Shown in pieces: positions 36,455-46,086 of a stretch of 64,000 nucleotides of DNA. Location: the sequence record DRR723986_1312; one strand, given 5' to 3'. Both the position numbers and the translations under genes were made by a program. The notes below the pieces were generated by a model. That model made no database searches and was not told the origin of the DNA. It saw nothing but the letters and a program-made list of their open reading frames with translations. Numbering within the stretch: the first letter of the stretch is position 1; every line of letters starts with the position of its first letter.

Positions 36455-38989
36455 ATGTATAAAACCTATGATACCCAAGTAGCCAAGCGCTTCACCATTT
36501 ACAACAGTTTATTTTTAGATCTTCCCTTCAATGACATCTACCGTACCGGAACTCTACTTCCGATTTTAGGTACAGCATGTCAAAATGGTTTCCAAAAAGG
36601 GTTGACGCCCAAGGAAATTATTGCAGGGTTTTTCGATGAATTGATGCCGGATTCTACTGCAGAGCAGCAATCTGATTTGCTGTTTCAGATGATTCAGTAC
36701 GTGGAGCGTCAAGTTGTTTTGTTTGACTCCATTGAGGATGCTGCTTATGAGAAAATCCATGATCTGAAAGGTAAAGGAACGATCAAAGCTTTGGTCGATA
36801 GAACTGATAATGACAATAAGCGCGAAGAGCTGATTGAAAAGTTGAAAACTTTCTCGGTTCGTCTCACACTTACTGCCCATCCTACACAGTTTTATCCTGG
36901 CAATGTCCTGGCAATAATCACTGATCTGGAGAATGCCATCCGTACAGATGATCTAGGTAAGATCAATTCACTGTTACAGCAACTTGGGAAAACAGGCTTC
37001 ACTAAGCGTGAAAAACCAACTCCATACGATGAAGCAGTAAGCTTAATCTGGTTCCTCGAAAACATATTCTACGAGAGTATTTCGGACATCATGGTGCGTT
37101 TGCTTGGATCATTGGATATTCCACTTCACGATTGGGATAATCCAGGTCTGCTTAAAGTCGGGTTTTGGCCAGGAGGAGATAGAGATGGTAATCCATTTGT
37201 GACGCACGAGATCACTAAGCAAGTAGCAGCTCGCTTGAAAAAATGGGTTATAAAATGCTATTACAAAGATGTTCGTAAGGTGCGCAGAAGACTTACTTTC
37301 AAGCATGTTGAAGAGATATTGATAAAAATTGAGCGTGGTCTTTACTCCACTCTTTTTGAAAATAATCCTGTTTATCAATCCAAAGACCAGTTGCTAGCAG
37401 ATTTGCTTGCTGCAAGAGAGGGCTTGATCAAATACCACGAAGGACTATTCTTGGATGTTTTGGATCAGTTTATTCTTAAAGTAAAGATCTTTGGTTTCCA
37501 TTTCGCATGCATGGACATGCGTCAGGATAGCCGCAAGCACGATGCATTGATTGAAGAGATTTTTGCACTTCAAGGAAAGGAACTTCAGGGTACAGAAGAT
37601 GAGCAAATCGCTCAGATCATGAACCTTACTGAACTGCCAGAAATCGATTATTTGCAAGATGAATTCAACCAAGAGATTTTGAAGTCTATGGGTGTGATTG
37701 ACTCAATTCAGCAGGAGAGTGGAGAGGAAATCATGAATAGATACATAATTTCCAATTGTCAATCCAGAAAGCACCTCCTTGAAGTATTTAAATTAAATAA
37801 ATTATCGCTGGGTAAAGGCAAGGAAAATATGCCTTTGGATATTGTCCCTCTATTCGAGACGATTGATGATTTGGCGGAAGCGCCAGAGATCATGACTAGT
37901 CTTTACAACATGCCTGAGTACAAAAAGCACTTGGAATTCAGAGGAAATAAGCAAACAATCATGCTTGGATTCTCTGACGGAACAAAGGATGGAGGATACC
38001 TTCAGGCGAACTGGTCGATTCTAAGAGCAAAAGAAGAGATGACCAGAGTTTCCAGAGAGAATGGAATCGAAGTCGTGTTTTTCGACGGTAGAGGAGGGCC
38101 TCCCGCTCGTGGCGGAGGAAATATGCATAATTTCTACGCTTCCCTGGGAGAAAAAGTAGAGAACTCTGAGATTCAGGTTACGATTCAAGGTCAGACGATT
38201 TCTGCTAATTACGGTAAGCAGGCTTCTTGTACTTATAACTTTGAACAACTGCTGAGTGCAGGCTTGGAAAATCACCTATATGGCGGAGCTGACAAGAATC
38301 TAAATACAGAGCAGCGTGCTTTGATCGATGAATTAGCCGGAGAGGCTTATGAGTCCTATAAAAAATTCAAGAGTCATCCGAAGTTCGTCCCATACCTGGA
38401 GCATGTAACTCCTCTGAAGTATTTTGGGATGACCAATATTGGCTCCAGACCTTTGAAAAGAGGAAAAGGTGAAGGATTGAAATTTGAAGATCTTCGCGCA
38501 ATTCCTTTCGTAGGTTCTTGGGCGCAGATGAAACAAAATATCCCAGGATTTTACGGAGTAGGGGCGGCAGTGGAAGTCTTGGAAAAGAAAGGGAAACTGG
38601 GAGAGTTGAAAGAACTTTACAACAATAGTCTTTTCTTCCGAGCACTTCTTGGGAATTCTATGCAGTCGCTGACCAAGTGTTTCTATCCAGCAACGGCTTA
38701 TTTAAAGCAGGATAAAAACTATGGAGAGTTCTGGGAGATCATGTACGATGAGTATCTGCGATCTATAGAGAAGCTCAAAGAAGTATCTTCCATGGACGAG
38801 TTGATGGGAGATAATAAAGTGATCAAGAAGTCAATCGAGATTCGTGAGCGAATCGTATTACCATTGATTACAGTGCAGCAATACGCCATTCAGCAAATCC
38901 TTGAAACAGGTAAATCTACAGATGTGCTTCAAAAGCTAATCTTGAGAAGTATGTTCGGAATTATCAATGCGGCTAGAAACGCGGCATAA
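36455..38989 (+). CDS. ppc: Phosphoenolpyruvate carboxylase
   Basis: LTAHPT, GGDRDGNP, VPLFET, MLGFSDGTKDGG, GRGG and LRAIP motifs. Confidence 0.97.
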   Translation: MYKTYDTQVAKRFTIYNSLFLDLPFNDIYRTGTLLPILGTACQNGFQKGLTPKEIIAGFFDELMPDSTAEQQSDLLFQMIQYVERQVVLFDSIEDAAYEKIHDLKGKGTIKALVDRTDNDNKREELIEKLKTFSVRLTLTAHPTQFYPGNVLAIITDLENAIRTDDLGKINSLLQQLGKTGFTKREKPTPYDEAVSLIWFLENIFYESISDIMVRLLGSLDIPLHDWDNPGLLKVGFWPGGDRDGNPFVTHEITKQVAARLKKWVIKCYYKDVRKVRRRLTFKHVEEILIKIERGLYSTLFENNPVYQSKDQLLADLLAAREGLIKYHEGLFLDVLDQFILKVKIFGFHFACMDMRQDSRKHDALIEEIFALQGKELQGTEDEQIAQIMNLTELPEIDYLQDEFNQEILKSMGVIDSIQQESGEEIMNRYIISNCQSRKHLLEVFKLNKLSLGKGKENMPLDIVPLFETIDDLAEAPEIMTSLYNMPEYKKHLEFRGNKQTIMLGFSDGTKDGGYLQANWSILRAKEEMTRVSRENGIEVVFFDGRGGPPARGGGNMHNFYASLGEKVENSEIQVTIQGQTISANYGKQASCTYNFEQLLSAGLENHLYGGADKNLNTEQRALIDELAGEAYESYKKFKSHPKFVPYLEHVTPLKYFGMTNIGSRPLKRGKGEGLKFEDLRAIPFVGSWAQMKQNIPGFYGVGAAVEVLEKKGKLGELKELYNNSLFFRALLGNSMQSLTKCFYPATAYLKQDKNYGEFWEIMYDEYLRSIEKLKEVSSMDELMGDNKVIKKSIEIRERIVLPLITVQQYAIQQILETGKSTDVLQKLILRSMFGIINAARNAA

Positions 38990-39011
38990 ATTTATTTAAG
39001 CATAGATGAAT

Positions 39012-39047
39012 AAGCCCGATTGAATTTGATTTCAATCGGGCTTTTTT
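39012..39047 (+). terminator. ppc terminator
   Basis: AAGCCCGATTGAA/TTCAATCGGGCTT stem plus T-run. Confidence 0.85.
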
Positions 39048-39050
39048 GGT

Positions 39051-39143
39051 TAAACCACAGAGTTCACAGAGGTTTACGCAGAGTGCGCGGGTTATATTCC
39101 TGTCCTTTGTTTTATGGTTCTTCGTTGGCTTGATTCTCCAGAA
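39051..39143 (+). repeat. Degenerate REP-like repeat, copy 1
   Basis: AAACCACAGAGTTCACAGAGGTTTACGCAGAG...CTTGATTCTCCAGAA, similar to 42808-42872. Confidence 0.6.
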
Positions 39144-39217
39144 GCAGGACTTAATAAGAGGTGAAAATTTTATAATGCACTCCAAAATCCCAATATCACA
39201 GGCACTACCTGGCTTAA

Positions 39218-39544
39218 CTATTTTTCGTAAAATCCTTTTCCTACTCTCTCAATATGATCAATCAGACCTTTATGATCTATACGATGAAAAAGTGATAGGT
39301 CAATTTGGAAGGGTAAAAGCAGATCATCTAGCTCATTTTCAACGGTTAAAAGATCTGTTAAGGATAAATTCTCTCCAACTAACGTCAGATCAATATCAGA
39401 ATTGGGACGATATGTTCCTAAAGCTCTGGATCCATAAAGCATAGCTTTTTGAATTGCAGGGTGATTTCGTAATACGTTGTTTATTTTTTCGATAGTCTCT
39501 TCCGACAGTCCGAAATCTTTACTCGTCTTTAGCTTTGAACTCAT
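39218..39544 (-). CDS. Minimal nucleotidyltransferase (MNT/MntA-like antitoxin)
   Basis: GSRALGTYRPNSDID (GS-x10-DxD); overlaps the upstream HEPN gene. Confidence 0.9.
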   Translation of the reverse strand: MSSKLKTSKDFGLSEETIEKINNVLRNHPAIQKAMLYGSRALGTYRPNSDIDLTLVGENLSLTDLLTVENELDDLLLPFQIDLSLFHRIDHKGLIDHIERVGKGFYEK

Positions 39545-39938
39545 ACATTTTATCTTGCAGTTCCTTGAATAGTTGGTAGTAATTTTCTGTGATTTTCGTT
39601 GAAATTTCTTCAGCTATTCCCTCATTGTAGGTGTGGGATGACTGGTTTCGACTTTTGATCATCTCCATCCAATTCTCTCCGTCAGAAATCAGCCCCAGTC
39701 TAAATGCTTCTCTTGTCGCATCTCGAGAGCCCGTTATGGAAGAATTTCCTTGAAAAATCAAATAGTCTTTTAGCAAATTCCAAGACAGTTCATGCGTAAA
39801 TTCAAATGCTTGGATAAGTCCCTGTTCTTCAAGATCGCTTAACTCTCTTTCTTTTGAAAGAGTTACAGCCTTCTCTAGTTGACCAAGAGCTTTTGAATAA
39901 TTTTCCAGTCGCTGATGCCATCGCGTGTCTTGTTCCAT
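39519..39938 (-). CDS. HEPN-domain protein (HI0074/HepT-like)
   Basis: GLIQAFEFTHEL and RNQSSHTY (R-x4-H-x-Y) motifs. Confidence 0.9.
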   Translation of the reverse strand: MEQDTRWHQRLENYSKALGQLEKAVTLSKERELSDLEEQGLIQAFEFTHELSWNLLKDYLIFQGNSSITGSRDATREAFRLGLISDGENWMEMIKSRNQSSHTYNEGIAEEISTKITENYYQLFKELQDKMYEFKAKDE

Positions 39939-39983
39939 CTCGTCAATTTAACCCAAAAAGTTTCCTTTCACCAAAAGGACATT

Positions 39984-40017
39984 AAAAAAACCGAAGACTT
40001 TAACAGTCTCCGGTTTT
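39984..40017 (-). terminator. valS terminator
   Basis: Minus strand AAAACCGGAGAC-loop-GTCTTCGGTTTT followed by Ts. Confidence 0.7.
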
Positions 40018-40083
40018 GTGATTACTTTCTAATTATTCAGGAAGTCCTCTGCGCCGTAGCGCCTTAGCGGGGATATTATCAAC

Positions 40084-42717
40084 TTACCCCAGCTTCGCTA
40101 AACTCTCTTCCAAAGCTTTAATCTTGGCTTCAGCATCTGCTTGTTTTTTGCGCTCCATTTCTATTACCTGCGCAGGCGCTCCAGCTACAAATCGCTCGTT
40201 GCTTAGCTTCTTCATTACAGAGTTCAAGAAGCCTTTTGTGTAGTCGATTTCTTTCTGGATATTTTCCTTTTCCTCTTCCACATTAATCGAGTCACCCATC
40301 GGTACAAAGCATTCGTCTGACTTCACTACGAAGCTGAGTGCGTTTTCTACTTTTGTACCAAAGTTTAGCGATGACAAATTTGCCAGCTTATTCAATACTG
40401 CTGAGAATCTTCCATACAATCCTTCATCTTTAGCATTGATAGTTAGATCCAATGTTTCTTTTGGTGACATTCCTTTTGAAGCCCGTAGATTTCTTACTTG
40501 AGAAACTACCTCAAACACCTGATTTGCTTCTTCTATGATCTTGCTGTCAAATCCCTTTTCTGCTGGCCAAGAAGCCAAAATCAAGGACTCTTCCACAGAT
40601 CTTTCTTTGATCTGGTGCCAAAGGTCTTCAGAGATAAATGGCATAAATGGATGCAAAATCTTAAGAATATCTTCGAAAAGCGCAATCGTCTTGTCATAAG
40701 TAACCTGATCGATTGGGTGCTGATATTCTGGCTTGATCATCTCCAAGTACCAAGAGCAGAAATCTCCCCATACCAACTTGTAGGTAGTCATCAATGCGTC
40801 AGAAATCCTGAATTTCTCATAGTGCTCATTGATTTCTACCAAGGCTTGGTTAAATCTATTTTCAAACCATTCAATGCTTGATGTGTTTCCGGAACCGTCC
40901 AAATTCGGATCGATTTCCCAGCCTTTTACCAGACGGAAAGCATTCCAGATTTTATTGGCGAAGTTTCTCCCTTGCTCCACTAACTTATCATCGTATGGCA
41001 AATCATTTCCGGCAGGAGAGGAGAAAAGCATTCCTGTACGGACACCGTCAGCGCCATTTTGGGCGATCAAGTCCAAAGGATCAGGCGAGTTGCCCAGGGA
41101 TTTAGACATTTTTCTACCCAATTTATCACGGACGATACCAGTCAGGTACACATTTTTGAAAGGCTTCTCGCCCATGTATTCGTAGCCAGCAATGATCATT
41201 CGCGCCACCCAGAAGAATAGGATCTCCGGAGCAGTCACCAAGTCATTAGTTGGGTAGTAATATTTCAATTCCTCATTCGGCTTTCCGGTAGTAAATACTT
41301 CCGGATCAAAAACCGAAATTGGCCAAAGCCATGAGCTGAACCAAGTATCCAATACATCTTCGTCCTGCTTCAAATCAGCTAGCGTAAACGTACCTTCAAA
41401 TTGCTCATTGGCAAGCTGCAATGCTTCCTCAGCGGTTTTGGCTACCACGAACTCCCCATTTGGAAGGTGATAAGCTGGAATTCTATGTCCCCACCAAAGT
41501 TGGCGGGAGATACACCAGTCACGTACATTATCCATCCAAGCACGATACATGTTCTTGAATTTCGGTGGATACAATTGGATGATATCCTCCATCACAGCTT
41601 TTTGAGCTGGTTTGGTTATCTCATCCATTTTTAGGAACCATTGTAAAGAAAGCTTTGGCTCGATTACCGCATCTGTTCTTTCGGAGTGACCTACATTGGA
41701 TTTGTAATCTTCTATTTTCTCCAACTGATCGACTTCCTTCAGCTTTTTGCCGATCATTTTTCTCGCGACAAAACGATCTTCACCAACCAAAATCTGAGCT
41801 TTTTCATTTAGTGTTCCGTCATCATTTAAGATGTCGATCACTTCTAGTTTGTGCTTCAGGCCAAGTTCGTAATCATTGATATCATGAGCCGGAGTTACCT
41901 TCAAGCAACCTGTACCAAATTCCATGTCTACGTACTCATCCTCGATGATTGGGATGGCTTTGTTGATCAGCGGAACTATTGCTTTTTTGCCTTTGAGATG
42001 GGTGAATCTGGGATCATTTGGATTGACGCAGATAGCCACATCTGCCATGATAGTCTCAGGACGTGTAGTAGCAATGGTCAGGAATTCATTTTCTGTTCCG
42101 TCGATTTGATATTTGATATAGTAAAGTTTGGATGCGATTTCCTTAGTGATCACCTCGTCATCAGAAAGGGCGGTTTTCCCTTTTGGATCCCAGTTCACCA
42201 TGCGGATTCCGCGGTAGATTTTTCCTTTTTTGTGCAAATCCACAAAAACAGAAATCACGGCATCGCTCAGACCTCCATCCATGGTAAATGCTGTACGATC
42301 CCAGTCACAGGAAGCACCAAGCTTTTTCAGTTGATCCAGGATAATTCCACCGTATTTTTCCTTCCATTCCCAAGCATGCTCCAGGAATTTCTCTCGGGTG
42401 AGGGATTTTTTATCTATTCCTTGCTCTTTGAGCAAGTTTACCACTTTGGTCTCCGTGGCGATCGAAGCATGATCAGTACCCGGAACCCAAAGCGCATTTT
42501 TGCCTTGCATTCTAGCCCGACGGATCAATACATCCTGAATGGTATTGTTTAGCATATGCCCCATGTGCAAGACGCCCGTGACGTTGGGTGGAGGCATGGT
42601 AATCACATAAGGTTCCTTGTTAGGATCTACTTTCGATGAAAAAAGCTTGTGCTCCATCCAGTAGGCATACCACTTGGCTTCAGTAGCTGCTGGATCGTAT
42701 TTGCTGGCAATAGACAT
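40084..42717 (-). CDS. valS: Valine--tRNA ligase
   Basis: PPPNVTGVLHMGH, DWCISRQLWWGH, KMSKS and C-terminal coiled coil. Confidence 0.98.
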   Translation of the reverse strand: MSIASKYDPAATEAKWYAYWMEHKLFSSKVDPNKEPYVITMPPPNVTGVLHMGHMLNNTIQDVLIRRARMQGKNALWVPGTDHASIATETKVVNLLKEQGIDKKSLTREKFLEHAWEWKEKYGGIILDQLKKLGASCDWDRTAFTMDGGLSDAVISVFVDLHKKGKIYRGIRMVNWDPKGKTALSDDEVITKEIASKLYYIKYQIDGTENEFLTIATTRPETIMADVAICVNPNDPRFTHLKGKKAIVPLINKAIPIIEDEYVDMEFGTGCLKVTPAHDINDYELGLKHKLEVIDILNDDGTLNEKAQILVGEDRFVARKMIGKKLKEVDQLEKIEDYKSNVGHSERTDAVIEPKLSLQWFLKMDEITKPAQKAVMEDIIQLYPPKFKNMYRAWMDNVRDWCISRQLWWGHRIPAYHLPNGEFVVAKTAEEALQLANEQFEGTFTLADLKQDEDVLDTWFSSWLWPISVFDPEVFTTGKPNEELKYYYPTNDLVTAPEILFFWVARMIIAGYEYMGEKPFKNVYLTGIVRDKLGRKMSKSLGNSPDPLDLIAQNGADGVRTGMLFSSPAGNDLPYDDKLVEQGRNFANKIWNAFRLVKGWEIDPNLDGSGNTSSIEWFENRFNQALVEINEHYEKFRISDALMTTYKLVWGDFCSWYLEMIKPEYQHPIDQVTYDKTIALFEDILKILHPFMPFISEDLWHQIKERSVEESLILASWPAEKGFDSKIIEEANQVFEVVSQVRNLRASKGMSPKETLDLTINAKDEGLYGRFSAVLNKLANLSSLNFGTKVENALSFVVKSDECFVPMGDSINVEEEKENIQKEIDYTKGFLNSVMKKLSNERFVAGAPAQVIEMERKKQADAEAKIKALEESLAKLG

Positions 42718-42740
42718 ATTCGGATGATTATTTAGAGGGG

Positions 42741-42748
42741 CAAAAATA
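42741..42748 (-). promoter_or_regulatory. -7 element upstream of valS
   Basis: TATTTTTG on the minus strand, 23 bp before the start codon. Confidence 0.55.
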
Positions 42749-42807
42749 GGGAAAAAGCCAATTTTGGAGGCATGATTGGGGTATCAATTGTTTAGAATAG
42801 GATTATA

Positions 42808-42872
42808 AAACCACAAAGTGCACGAAGGTAACGCAAAGAGGCACGGGGATTACTGGTCTTGCTTCTCCAGAA
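42808..42872 (+). repeat. Degenerate REP-like repeat, copy 2
   Basis: AAACCACAAAGTGCACGAAGGTAACGCAAAG...CTTGCTTCTCCAGAA. Confidence 0.6.
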
Positions 42873-43004
42873 AAGGGGTTTATTTATATGAGTAGGGCAG
42901 AATTTGTTTTGACTTTGATAGTTAGTTTTCTCAATAGCACCAATTGAATCAGTTTTGTTTCTCAGATCATCTGACAGCTAGGGCGGAATGGATAATTGTT
43001 TTTT

Positions 43005-44150
43005 TCACAACTCCCCAAAATTACTAATTTGAATACCATCTCGTTCTTGGCTTATATTTCCAGCATAGATAAGCTTGGCATGGCTTTCAGGAGCAATTTT
43101 TTGAAAGTATTTCAATCCTTTAAGGAAATCAGGATGGTAGGTTTCCGAAGATTTAATTTCAATTGCAGTCAATTTCCCATCTTTTTCCTGCAAAAGATCT
43201 ACTTCATTTTGGTGATTGTCTCGCCAATAGTATAGAGCTGGGATCTCACCCGAATTCAATTCTTTTTTCATCAATTCTAAAATCACTAGGTTTTCGAATA
43301 AAGGACCTCTAGCGAAGTGGACATTCAAATCTTCTGCTTGCTTAATCCCTAACAGACTACATAAAACTCCTGTGTCATAGAAATATACTTTCGAAGATTT
43401 CAAAATCCTTTTATTAAAATTACGGTAATAGGAAGGAAGTCTGAAAGCGATAAAGGATGTTTCTAGTACTGAAAGCCAGGAATTAACGGTTTTCTGATCG
43501 ATTCCCAATTCATTGGAAAAGTTGCTTTGATTAAAAATCTGACCAGTCCGGCCAGCTAATAGCTGAAGGAATTTTTGAAAATTGCCTAAATCCATCACAT
43601 TCAAAATCTGTCGCACATCACGTTCTATGTAAGTTTGGATGTAATTAGGGTAATAGTCGTTTGGAGCGATATCAAACTGATATTTTCTTGGGTATCCCCC
43701 ATTTACAACTAGATCTTCCCAACAGGGAAGAGTGATGTGATTGGCTAATTCTTGCTTAGAAAATGGCAGTAAGTTAAGAATAGCCACCCGGCCGGCTAAG
43801 GATTGAGTAATTTGGTTAGATAAAAGAAAGTTTTGAGAACCTGTCAAAATGTACTCACCTGCTATATTTCGTTCGTCTGTCAGTACTTGCAAGTAGGAGA
43901 AGAGTTCTGGAACCCATTGCACCTCATCCAGAATCACACCGTTTTGATAAGATCGGAGAAATGCCAAAGGATCGGTTTTTGCGAAATTTCGTGCTTCAGG
44001 TAACTCTAAGTTAACGTATGTAAAATCAGGTTTTAATTTTTTAGCAAAGGTGGTTTTGCCCGATTGACGCGGGCCTGTAATGGCTAGCAAAGGGAATTTG
44101 CTCAGAAGAGTTAGAGCTTTAGATTTAATATTTCTGTCAAAATAGTCCAT
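43005..44150 (-). CDS. AAA_14 ATPase with DUF4143 / PD-(D/E)xK-like C-terminus
   Basis: GPRQSGKT, ILDEVQ, LTGS, SLAGR, KVYFYDTG and EVDLL...AIEIKS motifs; ATG 44150 preferred. Confidence 0.9.
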   Translation of the reverse strand: MDYFDRNIKSKALTLLSKFPLLAITGPRQSGKTTFAKKLKPDFTYVNLELPEARNFAKTDPLAFLRSYQNGVILDEVQWVPELFSYLQVLTDERNIAGEYILTGSQNFLLSNQITQSLAGRVAILNLLPFSKQELANHITLPCWEDLVVNGGYPRKYQFDIAPNDYYPNYIQTYIERDVRQILNVMDLGNFQKFLQLLAGRTGQIFNQSNFSNELGIDQKTVNSWLSVLETSFIAFRLPSYYRNFNKRILKSSKVYFYDTGVLCSLLGIKQAEDLNVHFARGPLFENLVILELMKKELNSGEIPALYYWRDNHQNEVDLLQEKDGKLTAIEIKSSETYHPDFLKGLKYFQKIAPESHAKLIYAGNISQERDGIQISNFGEL

Positions 44151-44321
44151 TTTGTACAAATTAGGAATTTGATTCCAAAAATACACAAAAATAAATTTAT
44201 GTGAAATAATTTCTTGAAAAATAGAAGGTTATGTATTTGGTTTTTAAGGGGGAATTTGATTACCTCCCAATTAAGAACTTTGATCTACTTAGAGTATGAG
44301 TCATATTCTGCTTTCGACTGT

Positions 44322-44822
44322 TCAATAGCAAATCTCCATCACCTCAAAAATCCTATCCTCTTGGGCCAACTTTAAAATGGCTTTTTCTCCGACATTCTTA
44401 CCCATCAAAACCTTTGCAATAGGAGAGATAAATGAGATTTTATTCTTTGAAATATCTGCTTCATCCACACCAACAAGCTGGTAAGTCTGATGCTTTGATA
44501 TTGTTCCGATTTTAAGAGTTACGGTTGCGCCAAAGCGAATTTCATCTTGAGGCTGCTCGCTCAAATTCACGATTTTAGCTACTGCTATTCGCTCATCAAG
44601 CAAACGTATTTTTGCATTGATGAAATTTGAAGCGATACGTTTTTCCTGCTCTGTGGAAGTTTCTATAGCAGACTTCTCTTCGATCAGTGCTTGTTTTTCA
44701 GCAAGTAGTTCTGCCATTCCATTTTCAGTCATGAAATTAGTAACACCTTCAGGTAAATCTGCTCTTGGTGGAACTAGTGGTGTTTCTTCCTGATCATCTT
44801 CTTTTACAAATCCTCTACTCAT
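44322..44822 (-). CDS. GreA/GreB family elongation factor-like protein
   Basis: FGATV, LVGVDEAD and ISFISPIAKVLMG C-terminal Gre motifs. Confidence 0.85.
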   Translation of the reverse strand: MSRGFVKEDDQEETPLVPPRADLPEGVTNFMTENGMAELLAEKQALIEEKSAIETSTEQEKRIASNFINAKIRLLDERIAVAKIVNLSEQPQDEIRFGATVTLKIGTISKHQTYQLVGVDEADISKNKISFISPIAKVLMGKNVGEKAILKLAQEDRIFEVMEICY

Positions 44823-44911
44823 GGGTTGATTGTGATAGTCTAACCTACATAAGGAATAGAAATGCTTTTAAGTTTCATGAGGATTAATTGAGGGAATTGG
44901 GATGTAAAGAC

Positions 44912-45274
44912 TTAACTATTCTTGATATTCCCAATTTCACCCAAATGGGTATGATTAAAATTATCGCTGAATTTTAACCCATATCCCATGATTCTATCAA
45001 AGGAAATGTGTGCAAATAGTATGATCCCAGCAAGAATCCAATACTCATTTTCAAATGTAAGTCCGTACAGTGCTACAAAAACAGCCACCAATCGGTGATG
45101 GAAAAGATTATAAATGTAAGCTCCAATTTTCGGGTTGAATAAATAGCCAATCATTCCTATATCAGGGAGCAGCAAGAGTGCTGGAAACCACCACCAAGCA
45201 AAATCTAAAGTGCTGAATAAATAAATGCTGAGAAGGAATATTGCTGCTTCTTCCAATTTTAATAAGTTTCTCAT
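44912..45274 (-). CDS. DUF4260 family membrane protein
   Basis: LKLEE, LLPDIGMIGY, YNLFH, AHISFDRIMGYGLK and THLG motifs. Confidence 0.85.
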   Translation of the reverse strand: MRNLLKLEEAAIFLLSIYLFSTLDFAWWWFPALLLLPDIGMIGYLFNPKIGAYIYNLFHHRLVAVFVALYGLTFENEYWILAGIILFAHISFDRIMGYGLKFSDNFNHTHLGEIGNIKNS

Positions 45275-45337
45275 TTCTAAGTGATTTAGTGTTGAGGCAA
45301 AATTGGTAAGTAGCTGGGAGAGCGCTCTTGATAAATA

Positions 45338-45919
45338 TCAAGAAGTTGAGCTGAGCTGTTTATTTCTGATTCTGCTGAATGTTTCTGGTGTCATCCCGAG
45401 CATGGATGCGATGTATTGAAGCGGAACTTGATTGAAAAGTTCCTTATTGTACTCAAAGAAATGCAAATAGCGTTCTTCAGCAGTCATCGAAAGATGGGTG
45501 AAAACCCGGTCTTCCAAAAAGGTAAAGCATTTGGCAATAAACAGTTTTTCCAGTTCATGCCAATTCGGAACAGTAGTTCCGATGGACTTGTAATCGGCTC
45601 CACTGATTGTGAAAAGCTCAGCATCTGTTAGTGCTTCGATGTTCCACCGAGCTGGGCTTTCAAAAAGTAAACTGGAAAGATCTGTCAAAAAATAGCCTGG
45701 TGTAGAAATCCATTGGGTGACCTCTTTGTCTTCCGTTTGCTTATAAACTCTCAAAAGCCCCGATTTAATAAAACTCAGTTTGTTGCAAGGTTTGCCAGCC
45801 TTCAAAAAGTAGTCGCCTTTTTTAAGGGTTTCAGAGTGAAATCGAGAAGTAATTGCCTGCAAACTATCCTGACTCATCACACCAAAGTAGTTGATTATAT
45901 TTTGTTCTAGGGCTGTCAT
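45338..45919 (-). CDS. Crp/Fnr family regulator
   Basis: cNMP-binding domain (FIKSGLLR, IEALTD), AEERY and IASMLGMTPETFSRIR HTH. Confidence 0.92.
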   Translation of the reverse strand: MTALEQNIINYFGVMSQDSLQAITSRFHSETLKKGDYFLKAGKPCNKLSFIKSGLLRVYKQTEDKEVTQWISTPGYFLTDLSSLLFESPARWNIEALTDAELFTISGADYKSIGTTVPNWHELEKLFIAKCFTFLEDRVFTHLSMTAEERYLHFFEYNKELFNQVPLQYIASMLGMTPETFSRIRNKQLSSTS

Positions 45920-46038
45920 TGTGGGAGTGAAAATAGTGAACTTTTCCCATAAAGGTCTAGGAGGATTTTTTGGAGGTACGCGGTTTTGGTGTTTTATTGG
46001 ATGATTAGAAATTGGTTTTGTTCAAACCAGAGCAAACA

Positions 46039-46068
46039 ATAAAAGGAAGCATTTCTACTTCCTTTTAT
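46039..46068 (-). terminator. Terminator after CocE/NonD gene
   Basis: ATAAAAGGAAG/CTTCCTTTTAT inverted repeat. Confidence 0.6.
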
Positions 46069-46086
46069 TCTATCAAGATCTTTAAT

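Noticed and set aside
39051-39100. CACAGAG repeats as a possible CRISPR array
   Set aside because: No regular repeat-spacer periodicity and no cas genes anywhere in the window.
39046-39444. 132-aa plus-strand ORF
   Set aside because: Begins in a terminator/REP-like repeat and runs antisense to the MNT gene.
41851-42552. 233-aa plus-strand ORF and neighbouring short ORFs
   Set aside because: Antisense shadows of valS.
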